From positions 18,049,653 to 18,113,652 of the forward strand of contig NC_134028.1 in NCBI RefSeq assembly GCF_964204645.1: a stretch of DNA of 64,000 bases, given 5' to 3'. The DNA is from Tubulanus polymorphus (taxonomy: Eukaryota > Animalia > Nemertea). Numbering within the stretch: position 1 is the first letter of the stretch; every line of letters starts with the position of its first letter. The notes under the pieces were generated by a model. It was given only the letters and a program-made list of their open reading frames with translations, made no database searches and was not told the origin of the DNA. Positions 10,829 to 23,884 of this stretch are shown here, piece after piece. A program made the translations under genes and the position numbers.

Positions 10829-13800
10829 ATTAATCAGAAATGCACTGTTTACTCACTGTGAGCCTCTAAACATCGAAATTTAAGCCCGATTCAAACAGTA
10901 TCCATCTACGTATGTGTATTGCCTATGTTTCATTCCTACAGCGGCTCCTAAATACGTGTGTTTGTGTCTGTGTCCTTATATCGATATAGCTGTGTTGTTC
11001 TAGATCTGTAGTAAACACGTAAGCAGTAGTGATATTTTTATCTTTTCCTTCTACGAATCGATTGTTGAATTAGGACATTGCTCGACTGAACGCAACTGAG
11101 GAATTTTTATGGCCTTGTTTGTGCCGTATGTTAAAGAGCATCATATATTGCTTCGGCAACACAAGTTAGAGCATCATATATAGGCTTTAATACTTCGAAT
11201 TCCGCTAGTAACAAGATTATTGCTCAACAGATTTACTTGAAACTTACGTGAGATGTACGGAACACAGGTACCTTGAGGTAAGTCGAAGGGATATTTGAAT
11301 GGGGACCCCGTTCACCCACCAGGGGGTGTTTTACATTTGAAAATTGTGACATCGAAAAGTTACTGTGTGAGAAAATTTTTTGTCCTTGACTTTTCAGCTT
11401 CGGGCGAGCACGAAAGTTGTTCATGATAGCCCGGAGGTTTAAAAAGTCAATGGCACGCCCTATCTGCGATTAACCGTTTGGGCTCTACGGGCTCGAAAAT
11501 GGGCCCCCAAATTTTTTAATGAGATTTTTGCTCCTAGCTCCTTAACCGTTGGAGATAGAATCGTGGTTGCAACGAGTGATCAGTAGCCCATGCGAAGACG
11601 CTTTTATTCATGTATGGTATAACTATGTAACTCATATGGTTCTCCAGTAGCGCCACCTATAATATGCTGGAATACGCATTTTCATCTATATCGACTAAGG
11701 GTAGCAATGGATTTCTATAAAAATTGATACACATGTACCTGGTAACTAAACGAAACGAACCCCTCATGATTAGTTCCCATTTTAACCACTAGGGGGCGTA
11801 AATTTTGAAAAATCGATTTCAGCGTCCATTTTTCGCATTTTATGCGGTCTGTTTATTATGAAAATCACAAAACTTGGTATAAGTACAAAGACATGTGTGT
11901 AATATGCCATCCTGCATGATTAGTTCATACAACTGCCACTAGGGGAATGTGAAAACAACGATTTTTGCTCCTAGGTCCTTAACCGTTGGCGATAGAATCG
12001 AGGTTGCAATGTGTGGTTAGTAGCCCTTTCCGAGATACTTGTATTTCTGTATGGTTTCAGTAGGTAACTTATATGGTTCTCCAGGAGCGCCACCTACATT
12101 TTGCTGGAAATGCATTTTCATTGATAGCTACTAAGCGGATAAAGGGGTCTCTATGAAAATTGATATACATGTACCTGGATATAAGATACAACAAATCCCT
12201 AACAATTAGTTCCTATTCTAACCACAAGTGGGCGTTAATGTTGAAAACTCATTCTAGCATCAGTTTTTTCGATTGTAATTCAGTAGTATGCTAACCGGAA
12301 AATTACCAGCCACTTGAACATGGTAAAAGTACCGTATCTTCGTTATTCTCGGTGTCATATCCCCTAACCTTGGTACATTAGCACTTTTCGCGTAGTATCC
12401 CATGTGAATCAACATAGCCATGTTATCAGCTGACCCCTAGGTGGCGCTCCTCATCCAGCAAGGCAGAAACCCGTTATCGCTGCTTTGCAGGTATATTTAT
12501 TATTATATTCTTTTTCACACTGGATCTTACTGAAAGGATCTGAACAACTGCAACTTACTTTCACTGTCGGTGAAACCATTCTGTATCAAAAGTACTACGC
12601 TGCATTGATAAATATTGTATATAATATTAATCAGAATTGCACTGTTTACTCACTGTGAGCCTCTAAACATCGAAATTTAAGCCCGATTCAAACAGTATCC
12701 ATCTACGTATGTGTATTGCCTACGTGTCATTCCCACAGCACGTCAGTACGTGTGTTTGTGTCAGTGTCCCTATAAGCAGTGATAAAGCTGTGTACTAGAT
12801 CGGTAGATTTTTAGTATTTTTTGACGCCTTATAAAACGTTACCATTATGAAACCTAAACGATGTTAACCATTCAGCGTCATTTTACAAACGACAGCCGTA
12901 AATCGATGTGCAAAACGTCACAGGTCTATGTGTACACAAATAAGCTATCTGGCAAAATATTATTGACATAGATGTAGAATGGCTTCCTGTGATTATATAA
13001 TGACCTATATTTGAACGTCGAAATGTTATATTGCATTGAATATCATTAGAAGACGTATTGTAATAGTAAAGGATGTATGATTATATCAGAAGCGGCAGGC
13101 ATAAATAGAAATGATAAGTAAATCGGATTATTCGGTTAAATGGCGGATGTATAGACGATTTGGAAGTCTGATATAAAAGTCAGACCCTGACGTGGGCATG
13201 CCGGTGGAATGACGAAGCTATCTACGATGTGTGTAGGGCCGGCGTGAATTTCATCAGCGGCTACAAGCGGTCAATATGAAAATGTGTAAACATATAATTT
13301 CAATATTCAAACGTTTTAGAAAATATGTTTGATATTAGGAGTATGCAGGTTTCGTGAGATTCGCAATTTGTAATAGCATAGCTATCATATACGGCTCCGC
13401 GTCCTCTGATGGCATGTGTATTAGGTGACAATTCAATTCAATTCTTTATTGATCCTTATTACATTGAAATTTCGGGATAAAATTCCCAAATTCAATAAAT
13501 ACAAATTTTAAAATAAATTAATATAACATACATGACACACGGGTAATTCATACAGAACAACATAAGCATGTTATTTTAAATGACAATGTCTACTTCAACC
13601 CACCCAGACTCAAGACTCTAGGATATCGAGTGACAGCCAAACCCGTGGCCCGGGCCCGGGGACCGGGCCGGCTGGCTAGGCCACACGATATGCTCGAAGT
13701 CATGATGAAGCAGACATCAGAAGAGCTCGTTCTTCAACCATGAAGGCAATGAAGTTGCAGACCAGCTTAGAGGCATAAGTAAATGAAGTCGGTCGCAAGT

Positions 13801-14880
13801 TCGCGATCAATTATTGAGAATTTTCAATAAAAAAATTTAAACCACTACTAAGGTCGAAGACCCGCTGTATCATCTACCCAATCGCCAAATCTCATCATTC
13901 CCCAAATTTCTTAAAACTTCGATTTCAAATTTGCAATTCCACATTAGCTTAGCCCAGAAATTATACATTTTTTTCGCAGGCGTCAAATAATTTTTTAAAA
14001 TTAATTTTCTTGTTTATCTCTGCTACTATACATGTGGCGCACTGAATGAGGTCAGTCTCGAGTGAACGCAACTGAGGAATTTTTATAGGCTTGTTTGTGC
14101 CGCATACAAGCAATAGCATCCTTGCAGTAACTTCCCTGGTTGGAGCTAATGAATGCAGCTATCTATATGCAAGAGCCTGGATGACTATATTCTGCTAGCA
14201 TTACAATATTCCTCGGCGGATTTACTTGAAACTTTCTTGAGATGTATGGAACACAGGTAACTTGAGGTAAGATGAAGGGATCTTTGAGTCGGGACCCCGT
14301 TCACCCACCAGGGGGCGTTTTACTTTTGAAAATTCTGATATCGAAAAGTTACTGTGTGAGAAAAATTTTTGACTTTGAGTTTTCCGCTTCGGCCGAGCAC
14401 AAAAGTTGTTCATGACAGGCCGGAGGCTAAAAAAAGTCATGGTTACGCCCTATCTGCGATTAACCGTTTGGGCTTTACGGGCTCGAAAATGGGACCCCAA
14501 ATTTTTCAATGAGATTTTTGCTCCTAGCTCCTTAACCGTTGAAGATAGAATGGTGGTTGCAGAGAGTCATCAGTAGCCCTTGACAAGACGCTTGTATGGA
14601 TGTATGGTATAAATATGTAACTCACATGGTTCTCCAATAGCGCCACCTATAAGACGCTGGAAAATGCATTTACATCTATATCGACTAAGGGTATCAATGC
14701 ATTTCTATAAAAATTGATATACATGTATCTGGTTTCTAAATGCAACGAACCCCTCACATGATTAGTTCCTATTTTAACCCCTAGGGGACGTAAATTTTGA
14801 AAAATCGGTTTTAGCATCCATTTTTGCATGTAATGCGGTCTGCTTATTATTAAAATCATAAAACTGGGTCTATGTCTATA
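10829..14880 (+). mobile_element. Two adjacent copies of HINE family D (10829-12497 and 12498-14880, the second interrupted)
   Basis: 11085-11880 is homologous to 14060-14870. The 3' end GCAGAAACCCGTTATCGCTGCTTTGCAG-TATATT lies near 12465-12497. Segment 12498-12625 is also present at 1213-1347. Confidence 0.7.
12819..13460. repeat. Dispersed ~650-bp repeat, second copy at 45406-46060
   Basis: Both copies start TTTTGACGCCTTATAAAACG and end GGTGACAATTCAATTC. Confidence 0.85.
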
Positions 14881-15212
14881 AAGGATATACATTAAAAATT
14901 ATGCCCTGTATGATGGGAATCGTATTGTTTTGGTCGAGGGGTAAAACCACAAACGATCTGTTAGGTGCTATCTTTAATATGATTACTTCCATACCACATA
15001 CCAAACAAATTTCATGGTTGTTCATGATGGGTTTTGAGATATCACAGAAATATTAACATGTGTAAGTTTAAAGACCTTTTGGGGTTGGTGTAAATACATA
15101 ATCAAGGTTAGCGTGACTTATTCATATTTTATTCATGTTAAGTGCACATGTTTACTAGTTGATTGATGCAAAGTGTGTATGGGTTTGTAAATGACATCAT
15201 ATCTTTACATAC

Positions 15213-15377
15213 CTGTATTGTAGTGATGCTATATCCAGGGGGACGGGTCTCTAAAACTGATGCTATATATTCATTCTTATCGAATACTGGAACATTATCA
15301 TTGACATCTTGTATAGCTATGGTTACAGTTGCTGTATCTGACCTCTTCTCAGTAGTTAAATGTTCTTGTGCTTTGAT
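15213..15377 (-). CDS. Cadherin gene 1 exon 13 (gene continues beyond the window start)
   Basis: CAG/GTATG; IKAQEHLTTEKRSDTATVTIAIQDVNDNVPVFDKNEYIASVLETRPPGYSITTIQ. The 13 exons join without stops (1482 nt) and are colinear with my recollection of Drosophila Cad87A EC1-5. No further exon was seen in 1-15212. Confidence 0.93.
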
Positions 15378-15468
15378 CTGGAGTATTACACATGATTGAA
15401 ATTAAATAACACCAAACTTCCGTGAATAAATTAGCACAGGACAATGTTATATGTATAAACAAACATAC

Positions 15469-15618
15469 CTTTAATATAAATTCTCGATCATTTTTCTCAT
15501 AGTCAAAACTGTTAATGACCTTGACACCTACAGTTGTTAGGGATTGCCCTTCGGTTGGATCAATACTAAATCTATCCCTGTGGTTGAGCAGTTCTATTTT
15601 ATATTTCCCATTGTTTCC
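15469..15618 (-). CDS. Cadherin gene 1 exon 12
   Basis: CAG/GTATG; GNNGKYKIELLNHRDRFSIDPTEGQSLTTVGVKVINSFDYEKNDREFILK. Confidence 0.93.
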
Positions 15619-16701
15619 CTGAAATATGTATGAAAATAAGCTATCAAATACAGCTCCAAACCAGACATAATTCAGCAGCATCCCAAATAAGAAACTTTAA
15701 ATCATATCCGTCTTTCATATAGGGATTTAAATATTTATTCTGTATATATTCACCAGCCTGTATTGGCTGTAGACAGGGAACAAGTGAAGAAATGTGTAGG
15801 AATGATTTCTTGGTTTGTCAAGTAGACAAAAATAAACCGATATAAAGGACCAATGGTCCAGTGGCTCGCCAAACTGGTGTGAAGTAAAAAATCTGTCACG
15901 TAGGCAACCGGTATGCAAAATTCATTTCATTGAAAATTAAACAAGACAAAAATAGATCAAAAAGGACTCAATTTTGGTCTGAACAAATGTTCATAATTCT
16001 AATACAACCCTAGAATGAAGTAAAACAACTAAAACTATAAGTGACCCGTTAAGATACAGTACAAACTTGGTGAGAGCTTGGGTTTCATTGGAGGGTTTTC
16101 ATAATCATATGGACCAATCAGGACGGAAGCTCCCAAGTTCTTCAAATTTGAGGCCAGTGCCGGTTACCGACAAAACGAAGTTCATCGACTGACATGGTTT
16201 TTAACAAGAGGCCCATGGGCCTTGAAGCATTGGTAGATTATACTGTGGTATTAAGTAGTTATAATGTTTTACATGCCGGCAAATCATCTATGACGATGTT
16301 GATTGGGAGGACCACAGACTAAAAGGTCTTTTTGTCTAGTACGATTTTATTCCTGAAAATGAATTTATTTTCTGCCGAACGATTTAGCCTAGGCTATTTG
16401 TACTGTTAAACCTCATTAATGCGATTCTGTAAAAAAGACGAAACTAGTTTATTCTGATGTTTTCGATCATGTCCCAGCCAAGATATTTATACATTGTATC
16501 AATCAAGATTTGGAAACAAAAACCCGTTTTTACGCATGAACTGTTAGGCTCCACTGAATTATGAAAACAAAAACAGAACGATTTTTCAGAATGCAATTGC
16601 AAGACCCTGTGATCTTAGAGCTCCAAGCTATGATGCATGTACGCATGCAAAACGTCGCAGACAGCGATGCCGGCGTTGGTGTCACTGAGGCCGACTGATG
16701 A

Positions 16702-16925
16702 TTGTTTGTCTTTTTGTTTGTTTGGCTTTACCTACGTCGTTGGGATCTTGGTTTCCCTAGACTATTCCTATTGGATTGTTCATTTAACCTCACGACGGTA
16801 CGGCCTTTGAGGTGTTGCCCGCACACTGTTCGCAGCCAGCAGGACTCGAACCCACTTGTAACTCGGCATTGATAGTGGATTCAACAGCATCACGCCTTAT
16901 CTCACTGAGCTACCGAGGCCGCTCG
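16702..16925 (-). mobile_element. tRNA-derived SINE
   Basis: A box TAGCTCAGTGAG, B box GGTTCGAGTCC, and an (AAAC)n-like tail at 16702-16725. Confidence 0.7.
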
Positions 16926-18300
16926 ATTCAATTCCAAAATACTACAGCAGCGGCAAATAACCATCGCAATATTGTAATTTACGACAAACAACGCGTAAAT
17001 TCAATCACTGTTGTTTAACGCATGGAAAAAGATAATAAAAGGTATTTTTTCCCGGCGCGCATTACAAAGCGAATCTCTGCCGAGTGCGTAAGAGGGTGCT
17101 ACCGCCTTATGTGTGTGCAGCAGGCGGGCAGGCCTAGGGCGTCCTAAAAAGAATGAACGAGAAAAATGCGATCGAATAACTTTTTGGACCATTAAATCAG
17201 AAATCTGGCAACGCTATGTTGTGGGGAATAATTGAAACATTTTTTTTGTCATTTTCAGCTGTTTCTAATGTTTTACGTGAACGGAGTGACAATCTGAAGT
17301 TACAATGAAAATAAGAAGAGTCGGCGCTATTTTTTCGTACTACTATTTTCGATCCATTTTACTAGCATTGGCATGATGTCAACCAATGCTAATAATTTCA
17401 TGATATGCTTTAAGTAGCTTACATCTTCACACGGACAAATCGTTATTACGCACGATATACACCGTAGCGCGCGTTATCTTTTACTGATAAATACACGCAG
17501 TGAACACGAGAGTATATAGCGATATTGCCTATACGAGACCTCAATAAAATGAGTTCAATTAATGATGATAAAAAAGTATTCCAGTCGTGTAAATATCAGA
17601 CTGATTTCTAAAAATTCGATCAGTAAATCAGCCGTGTGGCGAACACAGAGGTAAATTTCTGCATTTCGAAACCAGATTTTCGTCAGATATCTTGATGCAA
17701 CGCTACCTTATGCGCGGGATATCAAAACTAATCAATGAATCACTGAACATATCGCACACAATAAATCGTTATATCATACGCCTTGAGTATCAGTATCCGC
17801 GCTAGAAATGATGAATATCAACCCATTCAATTGTGCCGCCATTTTGTTTGTGAAATAACGCGGACCTGCTGATCCACCCCATTCAATGTTATGACGTCAT
17901 GATGGAAGTCAAAACCAGGTCAACACAAAATTTTATATAACCAAGATTTTGAGGGGTATCATCTTTGAAAGCCCATAACTACCAAGCAAAGCGTCAGATC
18001 TTGGCGATATTAAGTTCTTCCGACGCAATAGGATTGAATTTTCACATGTGTAATTTTGGACAGTTAAAGATGCTGCAAAAAAAAATGCTCAAATAAATCG
18101 ATTTTTTGACACTTTTTGGTAAATTTCTCAAAAAATATGAAATTTTCTGAATGTGGTTTTTTTCTATGAGAACTAATGAACACCTAGCATTATGAATCGT
18201 TACCAAAAGTGAGGTAGTATAAAGAGTATACAGGGTTTATATATTCATATTTTTAAGTCCAAGTCACACATACAAGTTTCTTTTGTATAAAAATATGTAC

Positions 18301-18507
18301 CTGATCTCGGTCTTCTACAGACAATAACAAATTTGGTACCATCACATTACTTGCAATATCTTCATTAACTTCAGTCTTATAGGTTCTTGGTGCCCACAAT
18401 GGAGGGTTGTCATTCTCATCCAAAACAGTTACGATCACGGTTCCAGTAGCTGTATTTGACCTATCATTTCCATAGATACCCAAGGAAGCATTCACCACTT
18501 CACGAGC
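18301..18507 (-). CDS. Cadherin gene 1 exon 11
   Basis: TAG/GTACA; AREVVNASLG...TATGTVIVTVLDENDNPPLW...VNED...VEDRDQ. Confidence 0.94.
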
Positions 18508-18779
18508 CTAAAACAAAAATAAACTAGATGAAAATAAATGAAATAGAGCAATGTGTTGTTATCATTATTTGGTGTGTACAAAGAATACAAATGTAAGGAT
18601 CCATGGACAAATTGAATTGCAAATCGCCCTCATGTAAGACCCTCAAATGTTCGATTAAATTCAACTAGCAGATTAGCAGTAATGATTTAGATTTTTTCAT
18701 ATCGAAGAATTTTCACATGATGCCTCGCTGTTAAGTTGACATGTTGTTCTTCATAGTAGGAAAGGGAAGCTTCTGTTCC

Positions 18780-19740
18780 CATTGACCATCAACTCGATTC
18801 TAGGACTCCTTCCAAAACCTCTGCATCAGGCCTTGAAGATGACCCATGGGTATCACGCTGAACATCGAGTTCATCTGACCCAAAAGAGGAGATTAAGTCC
18901 TAGCTGACGCCCTCTGGCTGAAGATCGAAGTTTATTCCCAGGTACATGAAACACTAAGGCAGGACCAGACTTGACTTCGCCAGGGTTATCCAGAAATCTA
19001 AATCCCGTACAAGATCTGGAGTCTTCATGACTGATGACCGGCACTGTTGTGAGTCCCCTATACTGAACCAGTCGTCCTAAAGACGAACATCCTTATCAAA
19101 ACCTTCTGCACTGGCTTCACCGACTTGATGAAAAGCTAGGGTGTGGAGCTGAGCCCGAAGGGGAGAGTGCGAAACTGATGAATCTTGTTTCGCCATTTTA
19201 TGCCATTTAGGTGCTTTGAAAACCTGGGGAGAATAGGTACCTGAGAGTATGCGTCTTTGGGTGCTGCCCACTAACTGGGGCAGAGCGACTGAATCAACTC
19301 CTTTGGAGTAGTCACACAGAACTTGGAGATGCAAAGAAACATGTTCAACCTGGACAAATCTAGCATAGTCAAGAAGCCTTCAGGACCGTGAACATCTGGG
19401 AAAACCAACCACAAGATAAGATGTTCTTTAGTGGCTGGATTGCCCCTTTTCTCAACAGCTCGTCCAGAGATGAGGCGTTATGAGATTCTTGCCCAGCGTT
19501 CGGACGCATGTTGGGAGGGTCCATTCATAGGTGGGACTTCTCCAAAAACCGTAGACGGACTATCCATGTAGCCCGAACCTGGCAGACCAGCGGTCAGCAT
19601 ACCTCTTCAAGCAGCCTCCCACTGGTCCTGGACATTCATTGCTTCTTGCTCCATCTATCCCTGTATCGTTTCTTGTTACAGAAACTCTTCTATGGTTTGC
19701 TCCTCCGCCAAGCTGATTGTTGGGGAGTCTGAAGGACAGC
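18780..19740 (-). mobile_element. DIRS-type retrotransposon RT remnant
   Basis: Frame-disrupted motifs PVGGCL..., KDAYSQVPI, HQFRTLPFGLSSTP*LFIKSVKPV, L*DDWF and FMYLGINFDL. Confidence 0.75.
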
Positions 19741-21050
19741 GACCCCAAGAAAATTTTAGAAATTAAAAGCGTTTTCCGAGCACTTAGAGCGATCATGAAC
19801 AACTATTATATTTTGGAAGGTAATGGCTATTTCCAATGTTGCATATCCTCATTCGATGACAATCAGCATTTCATGCACTACGGGTCGAGCCCTGAATTAT
19901 TGCAGTTAGAATGCGCCCATGAATGCACAATAAAAATCATCACACAGTGTATAATATCTGAAGGTGATTGCCACGTACGCGTGCGGCAACTGTAGTAGGC
20001 TATATACATTACTACTGTTGCTGCCCGCGCGTGTCTGCAACCGATCGATAAAAGACACACACATCCTAATTATAGTAGATACAAAATCAGTGTTGCAATG
20101 CAATACGCGACGATAAGTAAAACAGGCACTGAACACTTTTATGGTTCATCTGATTACCAATCACGCCGGACCAGCTGAGTGAGACCATCATCACCTCCCT
20201 CTACTTTTACATCATTTTTGGACTATTTAGACAAATAATATTTTTTCAAACACCGAAATCAGCGGGAATCCGCAGGGAATTCTCATCTCTGCTCCTAGTA
20301 GGGGGCTGGTGGTCGTGAAAGGGCTTGGACAACATTGTTCAACAGCCCCTGCACACCATCTCGAAAAAATCTTTGAAGAAGCGGCTAGGGGAGACCTAAA
20401 CAGCAGGTTCACCAGCTCTTGAGGTATGTATCGCCCTTTTTCAAAGCTCCCGAGATCCATTGAAGAATGCCAGCAGTCGGGCTATAAAAGAGGTAGTGCC
20501 TTAAGAGGTTAAGAGGTAATAGCGAGAGACTTCGTTACCCGGTCCCCTGCTGCGAGCCGGTCAAGAGCCAGCTGTTACATTCTGAAGCGGAGGACAGCAA
20601 ACTCTGTGTCAACATCTGCTCACATTAGCTCGTAGAGACAATGCCCTCAATCAAGGTAATTGCAATTTAATATGCAAGAGCTAAGAATATTTTCCGACAA
20701 AAACAGTTTTTCGAGGAATTTTAATGAGGCTGACTATGTCATCGACGGTTTCGCAATTATACGACGTTTAGGCCAAATACCAATAAAACCTTCAAATACA
20801 TAACATATAAAACACATAAAGAAAACATAACATCATACATAAAGAAACATACTGCAATTTTTCATAATTGGCTCGATGCCAACTCCACTATGGCTAACAA
20901 TGGTAAACCAAAAATCTTAACGCAGATTCTTAACACTGACTTTTTGAAGGGCACTCTCACAACTTTAGGGAGTTTGTTCTCTACCCCTGAATCCCCTCAT
21001 GGTGCGGGCTTGGAAAAAATAGTGCATAGTACATGTAACTGGGAGCTTAC

Positions 21051-21163
21051 CTTTACATCTATAGACACATAACCATTTGCGAGAATAGGCTTCTCTCTAT
21101 CAAGTATCTGTAGTGTTGTAATGTTACCAGAGTTAGGGTCGATCTCAAACAAGCCTCCAGGAT
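21051..21163 (-). CDS. Cadherin gene 1 exon 10
   Basis: TAG/GTAAG; NPGGLFEIDPNSGNITTLQILDREKPILANGYVSIDVK (LDRE); phase 1-0. Confidence 0.93.
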
Positions 21164-21381
21164 CTAATGAAATAATAACATTTCAGTAATTGACCTAGTT
21201 GGGAGAATTTTGACTGTATATATTTTACCAAGTTTGACAGGATACCAAGTTAAGAATCATTCAAGAAGAGTGATTCGTACACCAAGATTCTTCATAAAAT
21301 ATAACTAATTTACGAAACCAGTACAGTGAAAGGTGTTATTCATTGTTTATAAAATGATTAGGGACAACATGAATAACTTAC

Positions 21382-21460
21382 TGCTCATAATCTCATAACG
21401 TATTTTTCGGGGAGCGAATTTATCTCCATCCTCAGCTATGACTGTGAGTAAATACTTCCT
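21382..21460 (-). CDS. Cadherin gene 1 exon 9
   Basis: AAG acceptor and GTAAG donor; RKYLLTVIAEDGDKFAPRKIRYEIMS (AxDGD); phase 0-1. Confidence 0.9.
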
Positions 21461-23884
21461 CTTAAAACACAACAGTTAAAATTTCAGTGACAATTACAAA
21501 CATTTATGCCTACACCTTTTTGATATAGACCAAAATAGATCTGCAATAATAAGGGGTATAGGTAGGTGTCGCTCCAATTTTTCTCCCTGGGGTTCAACTC
21601 GTTCATTGTCCTCCTTTATCAATTCTGAAACCCACCTATGAGTCGTATCTTTAATTATTTTTCCCTTGGTGGCATCTGCTGCAACTTTGAAAATTGATTG
21701 TGGTTACGGAATATGCATCAGTACTAATATAAGTAGACAAATTGCATATAATTTGATATTCGACTTCCCCTGGTGGCAAGAAAGAATAACTAGGTAATCT
21801 TAATTCAATGTGAGATCTTTTCTGTGACAGCGCTACCATTTATCAAATAGCAAGACTTTAGAATAAAACCTATTTCTATTTTCGTCAAAAAGAACGTTTT
21901 TTAATCTACAATGAGGACTGATACCCATATCTCAATCTCAATGCAAAATGGCAAACTACAAAGAAGCTCTGGGATCCCAACAGTAGTTGACAACTAGAAA
22001 GAATCTTTCTATGTGGTCAGGCTAGAAACAATTTCGATCGAAGACACTCAGTGACAGTTATGAATAAGACCATCATAACGAACTACACAATTCAACACCA
22101 ACATGTTCCCTCGTAGTTGCTGTGCCAATCCGTAGCTACTCTGTTGCGTAATCGTCTCATCAATATACCTTAACATCATATCGTAGTGCAAGTATGTCTT
22201 AGAGGTCAACAAGATAATACCCACACAAAGGCAGGATCATAGCGAACAAGCCGCATCGGTTCATGTGTTGGATTTCAACTATATACTACACAATGTTGGT
22301 CCACCAGTACAGTGTTTTTAATGCAAATTAGTATAATAAGAAATAAATTCATATATTCTTTAACAAACTCAGGAAAGCGCAACAAATTTCAGACTGACTG
22401 AGCAAGTTACAAGTTATCTTATGTCAAAAAACAGAGATAAGTGGGAAAATAAAGTGCAAGTCGAACCACTAAAACATCGTGCTACGCAACCCGACCATAA
22501 AACTAGAGGCCCACGGGCCTTGTGAAGTTTAAGCGTCAGGTAACGTACTTTTGCATATCCAAGACATTTTAAAATGACTTTGAGCACTGATTACCCTCCC
22601 CCCATTCTGCAAAATTCATTAAATTAGAAAAAATTCTTTTAGTTTTCATCAGAAAAACATTTTGTGCCCGGTATGACTTTCAATCGGGTAACTCTGTGAG
22701 TTCTCCAGTTTTGGGATTTACCAAATGCAAAAGTCTTTTTCATTTCTCGTATCTACTAGGTTACAATATCCACCCCGTTGTCGTATTCATGACGCACTAC
22801 TCGCTACCATTCGTATAAAGACAATATTCCCTGACTAAGGCGTTACGAGGCGTCTCCTCTCTAACCTCATGGCCTCACCCTTAAGGTCCGACCAGCCAGC
22901 CAGCGCCGGTCGCCGGATGAACATCCGGAGAGCAGGCACAATTATTATAAACCGCAGAGCCAGCAGCACATTAGGCGTTATTGAAGCCATTCATTGTACG
23001 TCTATAAGCTTATAAAATCTTGTTTATATGATTGGTGTTCAATCATGCAAATTAGTACAGGGCAGCAATCGTCCGCACATCAAAAGTAAAGTTTTTCCAT
23101 CAATATAACCACTGTCTTGCAAAAAATGAGTATAAAAATTTCAAATACGTTGGAATAGATATATATTTTAATAGATTATGCATAAAACTGACAAATTGAA
23201 TTAATATTGTCAGTTTAGTTTTAGACAACTCCAATAGGAAACTAAACACAGCGCCACCAGTGCTGGTGACTCATTCATTGATCCGAGCAATACAAAATTT
23301 CCCATGTCCCAGCCCATGAAAATGAGGGCATTAATCAAAAATCCGCCATGATAGATATCTGCTATGTCTTTTAAATTGGGAAATCAATTTGTTGTCATTC
23401 TTCAAAGCGCAAGCGCCGTAAGTGCGAAGCCATTGTGGGGGTTTTGGGGTCCTACCCCAAGAAAGTTTTTGAAATTTGGGGCAAATTCCGGGCATCTGGG
23501 AAATTCTTGGGACCAGAATCTAGCAAAAATTAATATCAGTTTGATGGTGGAAGCCATGTTTGATTTATGACAAATGTATCGAAGAGTCTGATTGGTGGTT
23601 GAAATATTCAAACAAACAATAGAAAGTGGGTTCAAATCCCTGAGGCAGCAGCTATTTTCTCGGCAGAAAGATGTTTGAATAGTTATGATTAATTTTATTC
23701 CAATATAAAAAAATACATTCACGGGCAGTCGACATTTTGGATCCATCAGTATTGATCTATTGAATAGTTTGCTTTGATTGATGATATGTATGCATCACAC
23801 ACGCGTCTGATCATTACTGCTGCGCGCTAATCAACAGACAACGTGCGCGCAGGTATAAACTCTAGTGATCAGTAATGTTTAGAC

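Larger units (their letters stand above)
1348..10830 (-). mobile_element. Helentron-type non-autonomous element whose ends enclose about 9.5 kb of nested repeats
   Basis: The 5' hairpin/subTIR TTAGGGTTTTCTG-TTACATCA-CAGAAAACCCTA plus a (TTA)n tract lies at 10760-10830. The matching 3' end CAGAAAACCCGTTAT-GGCTGCTTTGCAGC-TATATT lies at 1348-1384. Its flanks rejoin into the uninterrupted host sequence seen near 12620. Confidence 0.6.
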
